Positions 40,801-51,755 of a DNA stretch of 64,000 nt are shown here, piece by piece (position 1 is the first letter of the stretch; the number at the start of each line of letters is the position of its first letter). The notes below the pieces were generated by a model. The model was not told the origin of the DNA. It saw only the letters and a program-made list of their open reading frames with translations, and searched no databases. The DNA is taken from IMG/VR virus record IMGVR_UViG_3300031867_000003, positions 96,001-160,000 of that record; one strand, 5' to 3'. This DNA comes from a virus. Taxonomy: Duplodnaviria > Caudoviricetes. The translations under genes and the position numbers were made by a program.

Positions 40801-43800
40801 TTTGATTTTTTATAGCCTACTGCGCCGTTATTTTATATTCATTAATCGCAGCCCCTAGCTGTTCCTTTACTGTTTTCGGCATTTCTTGCCCAGCGTATTT
40901 ATCAAAGAAATCTTCGAATATTTTATTATACAAATTAGTAAGCTTTGTATCGTCCTCACTTGAAAAAGTTACTCCCGCATTATCTATATATTTCGCTTTT
41001 ATATTTTTAAGATTGCCCTTTTGCCTAGCAATAAGAGCATCGGTATTTTCAATGGATTTATTTCGCTTTTCGTTTTGTCTAAATTCTATTTCTTCATTTC
41101 TCTATTGTAACTTCGCCTAAACAATATCCGCAGACTCCTTTGCCCTTCTCTCGAAATCTTTTTTCTAATCTTGTCCAGGTTTATTATCAGCGCTATCGTA
41201 ATATCCATATAATTCATCGGTCATTCTCTGAAGCATATCATAGTATAATCCAAGTTCGTTTTGCATTGCGTCGGTGTTTTTACCTTGTTTTTCGGCATTT
41301 TTAATATTATTATCCAGCGTAAGCACTTTGTTTTGCATGCTTATTACTTGTTTTTCAAGGCTTTCATAAGTATTGTCTGTTTTAACCGATTCAAACTCAT
41401 TACCATCCTCATCGCGTATAATTCTAGTGGTTGCCTTTTCTCCATAGCCTAATCGCATAGTATAGGACGTTCTTTCGCCGTTTACTTTTGTTTCCCCAAT
41501 ATACGTACCTTTTCGATTATCAGAAGTATCACCTTGCTGAGTTACCTCAGATATAGCATCTGAATTTCTCTCAGCAGCTTTACCTTCATTATCAAGGCCT
41601 TTTGTCGCTTTCTTTGTGGCGTCAGCCGTCTTTTCACCAGATTCAGCAACTTTTCGGTTAGCCTCTTCAAATTTCTTCTTTTTTATCTCCGAAACCTCGG
41701 CAGCGTCACCCTCATTTTTTATTTCCTTAGTGGCGTCCCGAAGCGGTTTAGCTCCATCAGTTGTGTTTTTCGTAATTTTTACCGAAGACTCAGATAATAA
41801 TTCATTTAAATGTTGTTGATCATCAACTGATTTTTTAATATAACTTAGAAAATCATCTTTGCTAGATGGTGGATTAGATAAATATTCGTAAAGCTATGAC
41901 AATGCACCCTATGTATTAGTAGAAGTATCAAAGATGTGTCCAAAAGACTCATTTATCTCTTCCAAAAATGATATCGCATCTGAACCTTTTTTAGTTGATA
42001 AAGTACCAATACCAATAGTTCCAAGAATGTTGTTCCAGTCATCACCAAATTCTTCTCGGTCACTTTTAGAGATTCGTATTTTATTAGATGATACAAAACT
42101 TCTAATTTGTTTCCATAAATTCATATCGCCATATGATTCAATTACTCCGCTATCCCTAGAAAGAATATCAAACAGATTATCATAAGTTGGTGTTTCACCG
42201 TTTGCGGTTTCAACCAAAAGATTTCGAACTTCATTTTTTAATTGTCCAAATATTTTAGTGGACTTCACACCGAATTCATCACGAATGGCAGACGCTACCC
42301 TAGTTGTTTCTTTTTCTAAGTTTTGTTCATCAATTATAATATCGTCTATAGGCGACTCACTGGGTATACTTTTATCCCACATATTAGATATTTCATTAAA
42401 AGTATATCCAAGTTCTTTTGCTTTAGAATTAAATTGATCTATCGCGTCTGTAAACGGAAGATTTTTTTCTGTAACCTAAAATTCCAAGTCGTCTACTATA
42501 GACTACAAACTTTTTGGAGCCAACTTGGTCATATTTTCAAATTTCTAATGCGGCAAAATATCCTCGCCATTTTGTGAAATCTTCTTCCAGGATCCAGATA
42601 TTTCATCAAAAGCATATCCAACTGACTCGGCAAATTTTCTAACGGCCTCTTCACCTTTAATAGACTCCTTGGTTATTTGATCTAAGAAAGCACCATATCC
42701 GTCCGGAAGTTCATCCTCCGCCATTCCCATAGCATCTAAAATAGGCTATGTTCCCTCTGTGAATTTCAATATTTCACCATTTACACGACCATTTCTTTCA
42801 CGTTCGGCTACAAGTTCTTCCTATCTTTGAGCTATATGAGATTTAAACTCATCCATTGCCGCATCATATTCTTTTTGCCCAGTAGCAACGTCGGCTATTA
42901 GCTGATTTACAAAATCTTGATTTGCATCAGAATATCCCTCTATGGAGCGGATATCTTTTCCAAATGTTCGACGTCTGTCGTCTGGGACGGCAACTGGTGA
43001 AACTGGAGCCCCATCAGAATCTCCAGCTTTATGATTTTCATCATCTATAGCATCGGCTGCCTCTTCAATCTTTTCTGCCGTTTCTTTCCCAGATTCAGCA
43101 ACTTTTTCTTTATTTACTTTCGCGAATTCTTCTTTATATGGGATTGCCTCTTTGGCGGACTCGCCCTCGGTTTTTATTGCGTTTGCACCTTCGCGGAGAG
43201 AAGATAAGTCAATAGAAGATATGGTAGACTGAAATGTTGTGATAGATTTATTTAACTCATCAAAATTACCGGCAATGCTTTCCCAATTAATATTTGATAA
43301 TATAGAATCGTTACCACCTAAACTAAAAGCGTTCTATATAGCCTCTCCCATTTTTTCGGCGTTCTCAGCAACTTTCTGCATTGTTTCGTTAAGTTGCTCA
43401 AGAAATGATGGCGCTTTTGCGTCTTTCGGAAGAAGCCCCTTTGACATTACATTATGCAAATTGCCTATTGCATCTGTAAATAATTGGATTTGTTGTGTGT
43501 ATTCTTTTACGGAATCGGATTGCCCAATTTCATCATCAGCTTTTATTCTGGTCTAACTCAACGTTTCAAGTAACTGGTCTTTTAACTTCTGTTTATCTTC
43601 AGGAGACTTTGTAATTTCTGCCTTTTCACGAATTCTTTTACTTATATATTTGAAATCCGTTGCCGGAAAATTTGATTCCAACATTTGATCCCAAAATGAG
43701 TTTTCCCCTTTTCCGACACTTTCAGCGGTTCTCTATATAGAAGAGATGAATGCCATTATTTGTTTAATCTGGGTCTTTGAATCTGGTAATAGTTTAATTC

Positions 43801-45619
43801 TATCTGGATTAAACTATTCAACGAATTCCTAAACATTAGGGAACGCTTCCAAAAACCCGGAACTTCTTGGTGACTATGCCATAATATTTGCTAAAAGCTA
43901 TATATCACTAACATCTCCACCAAGCATACCTTCATCTTTTAATGATAATTTATATTTGTTTACGACGTCTAATATATTTTTATATGCTGCCTAATATCTT
44001 TCAGCCTAATTTAACCATTCTGTTTCTATATTTGCCTCAATTGCTGCGTCCGCTACATCGTCTTTAACATGCACATTAAACTATTGTTCTTTTCTTGATG
44101 TGGCTCTCGAAAAATCCCACATTTCTCTATTAAGTTGCAATAATGATTTCTGATTATTTCTAGCTTTTTGGTTAGTACCTTCTCCAAATCTACCTATAGC
44201 ATCAGATACCTAATTAACCACAGATAACAAAGACTAAAACTAACTAATTAACGGTTCTATTCCAGCGTCTGTATCTATTTGACCAAATGCAGAACTAATA
44301 TTTGTTATTTCCGTATTTAAATTTTCTAGTGTATTAATCAACTATTGAATATTTTCCGTATTCCAAGACGTAGAATCACCACTTGTAGCATGAATTTCTG
44401 AAGACATTTTTTCTTTTTTTTTATTAATATTTTCTATATGTTCCTCGGTATCATTTAAAGCCTATTCCGTTTCATCTATATTTGGCATTTTTATTTTTGA
44501 AAAATCAAAATCATTAATAGCCTATTTAATATCATTAAGTGCATTTTTAAGTTCATTTAATGCGTTTGTTGCGGAAGTTATTTGTCCCTCATCAATTTTA
44601 AATGTTAGTCCATTACCATCTTCTCCGAGAGCATCTAGGGACTACGAGACTTTATCTATAATATTTTGAAATTTCTAAAACGTTCCGTCATCTTGAAATG
44701 CTTTCTTAATTTTGCCAATAGAATCGGCTACGCCGGATTCGGTCTCATCTTCAACTCTATCAGCCATCTGTTTGGATGCCTCTAACTCCCTCTCAAGTTC
44801 TGCTCGCTGCTATTTTAATGACTTAACCTAGGACTTATTTATTTCATCTGGATTTCTTCCAAGATTCTATAAATTTTTATTTCTAACATCAACCAGTCTA
44901 GCCTATATGTCTTTATAGTTTTCAAACACGCCGGAATCTTTAATTATTCTGTTATCGGGGTTTAGAGCAGTTCTTAATTTTTTAGTAATATCAAATATTA
45001 TTTGAGAAAAATCTTTATCGTCAAACCCTATTAACTAACTCAAGTCTCCGCCTTGACCCAAATATTTAAATAAATTATCAATATAACCACGCAAATCACT
45101 TGCATTTTCCTTAGAAAATAGCCCGTCCAATTGAACATTTGATGTAGCAAGCTATTGTATCTTTCTATATCCTTGACTATTAGAATCAAGTAAATCTCTT
45201 TGTATTTTCCTAAAATTATTTTTTGCCTAGTTAGCATTTTTAATTTGTTGATTTATGTTATCAATATCAAAACCGATTACTTCCTCTGGTCTAACAGTTG
45301 TTTTTCCGGCTATCTGATTAACGGTTCTTCCAACATTTTCTAAATTGCTCTATACTTCTCGAAGAGAATTGCTAAGTTCGTCCATCCCTGCAACATTTAA
45401 ACCAAATAAATCTTCGCCGTTCTATCCTTTATACATCTTTGTTACATTTTTAATCGCGGATTCAATGTCCTTAATTGAGTCTAATATTTTTGATGTATCT
45501 ATATCTGCATTAAATTTAATTGGTTTTTTAGCTCTTCTTTCCAATTCGTCTATTTTTTTAGTGCCACTATCATCAACTTCAACTTTCAACGGCACAATCA
45601 CGGTTTCAGTTTCTTTCAT
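25807..45619 (-). CDS. Giant tape measure protein, about 6153 aa after splicing. Exons 45619-38246, 37891-37524, 37169-30285, 29962-27119, 26797-25807
   Basis: The tape-measure fragments of the ORF track fall in frames consistent with this exon structure; TMP core motifs (ELDTALTEMRKV, IIDKLNYVGNNYAIST, GQSLKTISLRL); dense in-frame TAG; exon sum 18462 nt is divisible by 3. Confidence 0.85.
26798..27118 (-). ncRNA. Group I intron D in the tape measure gene (321 nt, ORF-less)
   Basis: P1 GCCU/AA..UUGGGC with U.G pair; core AAUUGCUGGGAAA, AAUCAGCAGC, GUUCAACGACUA, GAUAUAGUCU; terminal G; splicing restores ALNGL-TDAESRAQKARLE. Confidence 0.88.
29963..30284 (-). ncRNA. Group I intron C in the tape measure gene (322 nt, ORF-less)
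   Basis: P1 GUCGU/AU..AUGCGAC; full core motifs; terminal G; splicing restores LKRGDVV-FNHKQTEDLL and explains the frame change. Confidence 0.9.
37170..37523 (-). ncRNA. Group I intron B in the tape measure gene (354 nt, ORF-less, C-G at the 5' splice site)
   Basis: P1 GUGGC/AA..UUGCCAC; core AAUUGCAGGUAA, GUUCAUCGACCA, AAAUGGUCAG; splicing restores LLETVA-GKTRAAAASSLL. Confidence 0.82.
37892..38245 (-). ncRNA. Group I intron A in the tape measure gene (354 nt, ORF-less)
   Basis: P1 CGGGU/AA..UUGCCCG; core AAUUGCGGGUAA, GUUCACAGACUA, AAAUAGUCGG; splicing restores LQVTG-DSFDEAVALTTAAN. Confidence 0.88.
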
Positions 45620-45633
45620 TATTACTCACCCCC

Positions 45634-46071
45634 TTATAAAATTCCATTTATATATTCAACAATTAAATCACTAATAGGCGTAGATGTTGGTACATTTGCA
45701 AATGACCATCCACCAGCACCATTGGGTCTCGGTCCACCATGAACACCATAATTAACGGCTTTATCAAACGCATGTCCAGAATCACCTGGGTAAGTTGTAC
45801 CCCATGGCGCCTCCCAAGAATTTACTCCCACCGTCCCAGAAGTAAAAGTATATACCAAATCACATCCTTCTATCCCGTGCCATCTTTCTTCCGGCTCTAC
45901 TTCTGCAAAACTATCAAAACCAAAAACACGATCATAACTACCTGGACCACCAGAACCGTACCATTCTGCCACGGCACCGCCAATAGCAGCAGGGATTTCT
46001 TCTTTTATTTTGTTTACCTATTCTTCGAGCGCAAGTTTTATTATCTAATCCGGTATAATATTTTTATTCAT
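45634..46071 (-). CDS. Hypothetical virion protein (145 aa, TAG=Gln)
   Basis: AGGTAGG RBS; ATG 46071; two TAGs upstream of ORF 45634..45972. Confidence 0.7.
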
Positions 46072-46121
46072 AAATTGCACACCTACCTTAACGGTATATA
46101 ATTATACCGCTCATGTTATTA

Positions 46122-46637
46122 TCAATTAAACGTGTTATCTAATATTGCATTCAATTTATCTAAATCTATTTTTTCAAAAATAGGATATAGTGTAGCTCCG
46201 ATTAATTCCCCAAATCTTTCAACTTGTTTATTTATATAACTATGCGGCTCATATTCATTTGTTATCATGTCATTACACTTCATATTAAGAATAATTTTGA
46301 ACTCATTTAAATCTTTTTCATCAATCATAGACACAATATCATCAAGTGCCATAGATGCATCTAATTTATTATATTCATTAAGCCCATCCTTAAAATTTAT
46401 ATCAATATCCGTATACATATCTACAATACTTAAAAATGTAAACATATGTTTTGCAGTAGAATTAACTTTAAAATTCCTATTCTCATCATAATAAGAATTA
46501 TTAATAATTATCTGAGATCGAACATCTTTTTCCTCAAGAGGGATATAAGATTTTACAATATGCTCTTTAACAAATACAATGCGCTTATCCGTTTCTTTAC
46601 AATTATCATATAATTCCATAAATTCATCAAATTTCAT
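46122..46637 (-). CDS. Hypothetical protein, possible tail assembly chaperone
   Basis: AAGGAG RBS before MKFDEF; acidic protein located upstream of the tape measure gene. Confidence 0.55.
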   Translation of the reverse strand: MKFDEFMELYDNCKETDKRIVFVKEHIVKSYIPLEEKDVRSQIIINNSYYDENRNFKVNSTAKHMFTFLSIVDMYTDIDINFKDGLNEYNKLDASMALDDIVSMIDEKDLNEFKIILNMKCNDMITNEYEPHSYINKQVERFGELIGATLYPIFEKIDLDKLNAILDNTFN

Positions 46638-47751
46638 AATATTTCTCCTTACAATCATCTACAGTAGTTACCGTAATTTCTGTGTGCGGATTTTCTTTGT
46701 CATAGCCGATTATTTGAAAAAAAGAATTAAGATTTAAGCAGTTGGATTTATCTTCGACAATATTATTATTCTTATGTTTTTTACTAAATTCCCAGTTGTC
46801 TATCCAACCGTAAATATCCTAAATGGAGTAATACAATTTTTCATCTATAATAATTAGTTTAGAATTTTCAACTGGATATTGTTTTGAAAACAATTCTAAT
46901 CTCAATTTAGATTTTTCATCCATCCATCCTTTAATTTCCAACCATAAATCATAATCGGGCAAATAAAAATCTGGCTAATAACTCGCAATACCTTTGATAT
47001 TTTCATTAAAGAAAAAACGCTTATATTCATACTTCCACTAAATATTTAAACAATTTAAAACTCTGGCAATATTAGCCTCCCAAGAACTTCTAAAATATTG
47101 ATTTAAGTCCTCACGTTTTCCACCTCTACATCTTGAATACGCATTTTCCGTTGTTCCATAACCTCTAGACTTTGCTCTTGTCTATACAGCCTTCATAGCT
47201 ATGTTATGTTTCTCTTCATACGACATATTCGCAAATAATTGCTAATGAGTTTCGGACATCTTCTTTTTTGTTTCTTTATTATGATGTTTTCCAAGCATAC
47301 CTCTAGAATGTCCGTTTTCTTTTTGATAATTCTAAGTAGCTAGTGACAATTTTTGTCTTACCTCATTTTGAAATCTCTCAGATTTGTGATATAAATCAAC
47401 ACCATTTTTCACTTTTTCAATAAACTCATCGGTTGCCTTTCTATTGCCATCTGTTAACCCAGCCTCTCTAGCAACACGTTGTATAGATATAATTGGTCTA
47501 TTTATTTTTCTTGATAGAGTCTCAAGATTTAAATATTCGCCAGTATGGTCATTATAATAATCAATTATAATCTGTTTCTCGTTTTCCGTTATTGGTTTGG
47601 GAGCAAGCCAGTTTAATCCTAGTTTGGTTTTCATCCCTCTAATACTACCAGATGACCTATTTAAAACTTCACTAATCTCCTAAACAGTTTTCCCCTAACT
47701 ATATAATTTTACTAGTTTATCCTTTTCCTCATCTGTCCACTTTTTATCCAT
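46627..47751 (-). CDS. Free-standing homing-type endonuclease: HTH + NUMOD3-like + PD-(D/E)XK nuclease (374 aa, TAG=Gln)
   Basis: KWTDEEKDKL; GMLGKHHNKETKKKMSETH; YFRSSWEANIAR; Y*PDFYLPDYDLWLEIKGW; open only if TAG is a sense codon. Confidence 0.8.
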
Positions 47752-47770
47752 AAAAAACTCCTCTTAAAAA

Positions 47771-48208
47771 TTATATTTCTTTAATATAAAATTCGGTTCT
47801 TGGATTATCTTTGTCATATCCACCAGTTATTGTAAGTTTTGTAAGATTAAGATAATTATCATCAATAATCATTTTGGATTCAGTAAACGCATCCATAAGC
47901 AGTTTAACCCCTCCAACGCAATTGTCTAAATCAAATCTTCTTCTCGTTGGCATATAAACTTTTACCTCAAGCTCGAACATATCTAAGCATAAATTTTCAT
48001 ATTCATAACGGTTTACTAACCACATTCCAAATTCTTTATATTTAGCTTTTAACGCGGCAATTTGAACCCTTTGTAAAATCAAAATCTGATTAAGAGTTGG
48101 CATTATAGGTCTATCAATAGGATTTTTTTTCGCCCTAGGATGGCATTTGAAATAATACTTGTTATATTCGTCAACCAACTATTGGTCTATTATTATTTTG
48201 TATTCCAT
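47771..48208 (-). CDS. rusA: RusA-like Holliday junction resolvase (145 aa)
   Basis: RRRFDLDN...LMDAFTESKMIIDDN...DKDNPRTEF motifs; true ATG at 48208, one TAG upstream of the listed ORF. Confidence 0.75.
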
Positions 48209-48222
48209 TCAGTTTTCTCCTA

Positions 48223-48438
48223 TCAAACGGTCATAGAAAGCATTATATTGGCAATATCTCGCACACAATCTTTGCGACCAATATCTTTAACTATAGCTAT
48301 GGCTAAATATGTTTCCCAATAATCAACAAAATGTTCGTCATCTTCAGTAACATCATCGCATCCCCAACGTCGCACTACTTCATTAAACTTTTCACAAAAT
48401 TCCAATATATTTTTACATTCTTCCATAAACCGCCTCAT
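48223..48438 (-). CDS. Hypothetical protein
   Basis: ORF overlapping the recombinase stop (ATGA). Confidence 0.5.
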   Translation of the reverse strand: MRRFMEECKNILEFCEKFNEVVRRWGCDDVTEDDEHFVDYWETYLAIAIVKDIGRKDCVRDIANIMLSMTV

Positions 48439-49439
48439 TGTATTCCAAACATCTCATTTATTTTATCTTCGGTTTCATCCTTAAAATAGCCGGAAGTGGT
48501 AGTCAAATCAGAATGATGAGCAAATGCCTGGATTTGATCTAACTCAAATACCTTATTATTGCCATTTTCATCTTTAAGCCGGTCATCCCAACCTTTTTTC
48601 AACGCTTGGAGTCGGGAATGGCGACAACTATGAGGAAAAATATTTACTTCCTCTCCGCGAACTTCAGATAATATTTTACTAATACTAACAATCCTGTCAT
48701 AAAGAGCTCCACAGTCAACTTCAGAAGCCGTTTCCCCATGTCCCTTAATCCACAAGGAATCTATTCCGTCATCTCCGCGCCATTCCAAATATTGCCTAAT
48801 TAATTCCCTGGTGTCATTTAAATAAATAAGAGGAAACTGCTTTCCTCGCTTTCCTCTGACTATATTGGTTTTATTGCCTTCAAGAAGACCGTCTTTTTTA
48901 ACTTGATAAACCTCATTGCGTCTCGCTCCAGAATCATACATCAATGACCACAACACAGCATCTTGCAGTCTACCACGTTCAAGAAGAATATCTCGTGTTT
49001 TTACAAACTCTTCATATGTAAAGAAGAAATCATCATCATTGGTTTTGACCTTTTCATTCGGAACTCCGCGAACCTTTTTACTATAATTGATTTCATAATC
49101 ATAATCGTCATCTTCTTCGCAAAAAGTCAACATTGAGTTAATAGAAGAGTGGAGACGATTGCATCTTGCCGGCGACATTCCGGAATCGTCAAACCATATA
49201 TTTAAACGTCTAAAATCTTTCTTTGTCATCTCAAGCACTGATTTATTATCAAAGTCCTCTAATATTTTAATAAATATTAATTTCAAATCATATCTGTAAG
49301 CATTAATGGTGTTAGGACTTTTTTTCTGCTGGCGAAGTTCCGTAAGGAAGTCTTCCATAATGGCTTTATTTTCTGGATTAACCTTGGCCCATTTTTCATC
49401 GGTATATATTCTATTATAAACTCCTCGGCTTCTAGCCAT
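48435..49439 (-). CDS. Tyrosine recombinase (phage integrase family) within the tail module
   Basis: DSGARRNE, GKRGK, FPHSCRHSR and AHHSDLTTTSGY motifs; no TAG. Confidence 0.9.
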   Translation of the reverse strand: MARSRGVYNRIYTDEKWAKVNPENKAIMEDFLTELRQQKKSPNTINAYRYDLKLIFIKILEDFDNKSVLEMTKKDFRRLNIWFDDSGMSPARCNRLHSSINSMLTFCEEDDDYDYEINYSKKVRGVPNEKVKTNDDDFFFTYEEFVKTRDILLERGRLQDAVLWSLMYDSGARRNEVYQVKKDGLLEGNKTNIVRGKRGKQFPLIYLNDTRELIRQYLEWRGDDGIDSLWIKGHGETASEVDCGALYDRIVSISKILSEVRGEEVNIFPHSCRHSRLQALKKGWDDRLKDENGNNKVFELDQIQAFAHHSDLTTTSGYFKDETEDKINEMFGIQ

Positions 49440-50621
49440 TTAATTATCACCTCCATAATTAGAATACATAATTACATTCCTACCATATTTAATTTCTGTA
49501 CTGTATTCTAATTCTCCATTTTTTAATACTAAATCCCAGTCAATATTATTTTTCCTAAACTGTTCAATCTTAATTCTTAGGTCAATACTAGGATTATCAA
49601 GAATCTAATCCACATTGTTTTTTGTCAAATCACAAGGAAACAGAATATAATATATTAGTCCTCCACTACTTAATAAATGTTCTTTATATTTCAATTTCAA
49701 TCTATACTTTTCTCTAGAATCGCTTTTATCAATAGGTTTATCCATATAATAATAATCTTTATATGCTTCTATTATTCCGGGAATTTCAATATAAATCGTT
49801 TTCCCATGATATTTAATAACATAATCACAATTCATATTCCCGCTATAGCTATCTATAAAATCAGAATATTTTACATCTCTAAAGTAATCTATTCCAAAAA
49901 CTAATCCGCGAGACCTTAAGTACATAGATAATAAATATTCAAACTAACTTGTAGTTATCTCTCCATCATCAAACGAATATAATGTCCCTCTCCCTGCTAT
50001 TCCAATTTCAAATCCATTATTTTTAATATATTCACCAAGTGTCTGATTATAATATTTTCTGCATGAATTTTGTAAACATGCTATAGACGGAATGTTATCC
50101 AAAGAAGAAATAAATTTATCCGTAATATAAGGAATATTTTTCTACATAGCAACACTAAAAACATACTACATCGCTTTATTAAAACCTTCTATGTCCAAAG
50201 CCTTGGACATCATATCTTCTTGTATGATTTCCAATCCAATTTCTTCCTTCATTTTATTAAGAGAACCCCATACTTTATTTATATATCTTATTGATGGGAC
50301 TAATGCCCCTAGATCCCTAAAGTCATCATAATACAAAGGTCTGCCTAATTCTTTTCTGTATTTTTTTATTCTTTCAATTGCTTCCTCTTTTGGCATTTTC
50401 ATTGTAAACAATCCAGACCAATTTACAAAATCAGACCAACTTTTTACATTTGAATCCGGGCAATGCTTTACGAACCATCTAGCATCAGGCAAATCATAAA
50501 ATCTAAGTTTAGCATGTGAGATGTGTCTACGATTATTAATACTTTTTAATATAAAATCGTTCACATATAAATCATATTTGTTTAAATCAAATTTACGTGG
50601 AGACATTTTTTTCTTTTCCAT
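49440..50621 (-). CDS. Free-standing putative homing endonuclease, repeat domains + PD-(D/E)XK-like C-terminus (393 aa, TAG=Gln)
   Basis: ORFs 50166..50642 and 49605..49925 share a frame joined by TAGs; ELGRPLYYDDF...VWGSLNKMKEEIGL repeat-type motif; NCDYVI...IYIEIPG nuclease-like motif; TAA abuts the recombinase ATG. Confidence 0.7.
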
Positions 50622-50649
50622 ATTTATCATTCCTTTCAACAATGATTAT

Positions 50650-50727
50650 CCTTTCACAAATAAAAGCGCAGAAGAGCAGTGAAAGGTTCTGCTCCCACTA
50701 GGTTAATTACTCCTAATGTTTCTGCGC
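50650..50727 (-). promoter_or_regulatory. Structured leader RNA (three-way junction with anti-RBS loop)
   Basis: Outer stem GCGCAGAA/UUCUGCGC, hairpin UAGG-AGUAAUUAA-CCUA, hairpin GAGCAG-AACCUUUCA-CUGCUC; loop is complementary to downstream UGAAAGG. Confidence 0.65.
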
Positions 50728-50758
50728 AGATAATAAAAAATACCTATGACAGTATTAT

Positions 50759-50830
50759 TTATTCAGTGGGAAGAATCTGTTTGATTAATTCCGGCGTTGT
50801 TATATTGTTATATACTGTTTTACGTCCTAT
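50759..50830 (-). pseudogene. Stranded N-terminal remnant of a tyrosine recombinase
   Basis: RBS GAAGGGAG then (ATA)GRKTVYNNITTPELIKQILPTE*, similar to MARSRGVYNRIYTDEKWAKVNPEN of 48435..49439. Confidence 0.6.
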
Positions 50831-51008
50831 AACAGATCACTCCCTTCTCATAAAATTTAACTTTCATCAACCAAATAATATTCTATGGTTAATGGTATTA
50901 CCACAAATTCCGTATTAGTTTGGAAATCTTCCATATAATGCGTTTTGCGCCGCCCAGTGGCCACCAGTGCGTTTGCTAGTGGCCACCCGGCGTTGCCAGT
51001 GGCCGGGG

Positions 51009-51755
51009 TTAATCAGCCACTTTTCGTTCAATCATAACGATGTAGTGTTTCGTCACCCGCTTGAGCAACGAGTTGGATGATACCTCATCCTCCATCAGCA
51101 TGGAGGGCCATGCCTTTGGCTCGCGCTGCGAGCAGATAATACAGCTCCTTGACAATTCATTCCGTTTTTCCAGGATGTCATACAGAGCCTTGACTTCATC
51201 ATCCTCTGTGATTGGGTGCAGAAGAAAGTCGTCCAGGATCACAAGATCAAGGTTAATGATCGCCTTTACCTTCTTCTGATACTGCTTGAATTCGATTTTT
51301 CTGGCCGCGGCAAGCTCACTTACGAGTTCATCGCAATGATAGTAACCTACACGATATTCCCGGCATGCTTCGGCACCAAGCGCTCTCGCAAGATAGGTCT
51401 TTCCGCTATCAGAAGCCCCGAAGATACAAAGGTTCATGCCTTCCCGTACAAAATCCAACGACGAAAGCGTATGGACGATATCCAACGGTTGGTACTGGCG
51501 CTCTTTGGAATCAACACACTGGTCAAGACAGCTGTCACTTCCTTTCAGTTTTGCCTTCTTCAGACGCGATGTATAGCGGTTTGTAATCGTTACGATATAT
51601 TCGGCGTGAATGATAGTACTGATCAACTCCAGACGTCCTGTATTAACAAAGGCCGGCTGCTTATAAAGTGTTTCAAGCTCTGCGGCCATATGCGGCAGTT
51701 TCAGTTCATCCAGCTCCTCCAGGATTGACTTCAGCTCCTTTGCTCCTGTATTCAT
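51009..51755 (-). CDS. istB: IS21 helper ATPase IstB
   Basis: Walker A GASDSGKT, Walker B LVILDDF; overlaps the istA stop. Confidence 0.93.
   Translation of the reverse strand: MNTGAKELKSILEELDELKLPHMAAELETLYKQPAFVNTGRLELISTIIHAEYIVTITNRYTSRLKKAKLKGSDSCLDQCVDSKERQYQPLDIVHTLSSLDFVREGMNLCIFGASDSGKTYLARALGAEACREYRVGYYHCDELVSELAAARKIEFKQYQKKVKAIINLDLVILDDFLLHPITEDDEVKALYDILEKRNELSRSCIICSQREPKAWPSMLMEDEVSSNSLLKRVTKHYIVMIERKVAD

Noticed and set aside
25807-45619. Decayed prophage with pseudogenised tail genes
   Set aside because: In the stretches read, interruptions are TAG only, with no TAA/TGA or frameshifts other than at introns. Random decay would not do this.
46627-47760. Endonuclease as part of an eighth intron or an intein in rusA
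   Set aside because: No group I core motifs or intein termini; rusA has its own TAA and the nuclease has its own RBS.
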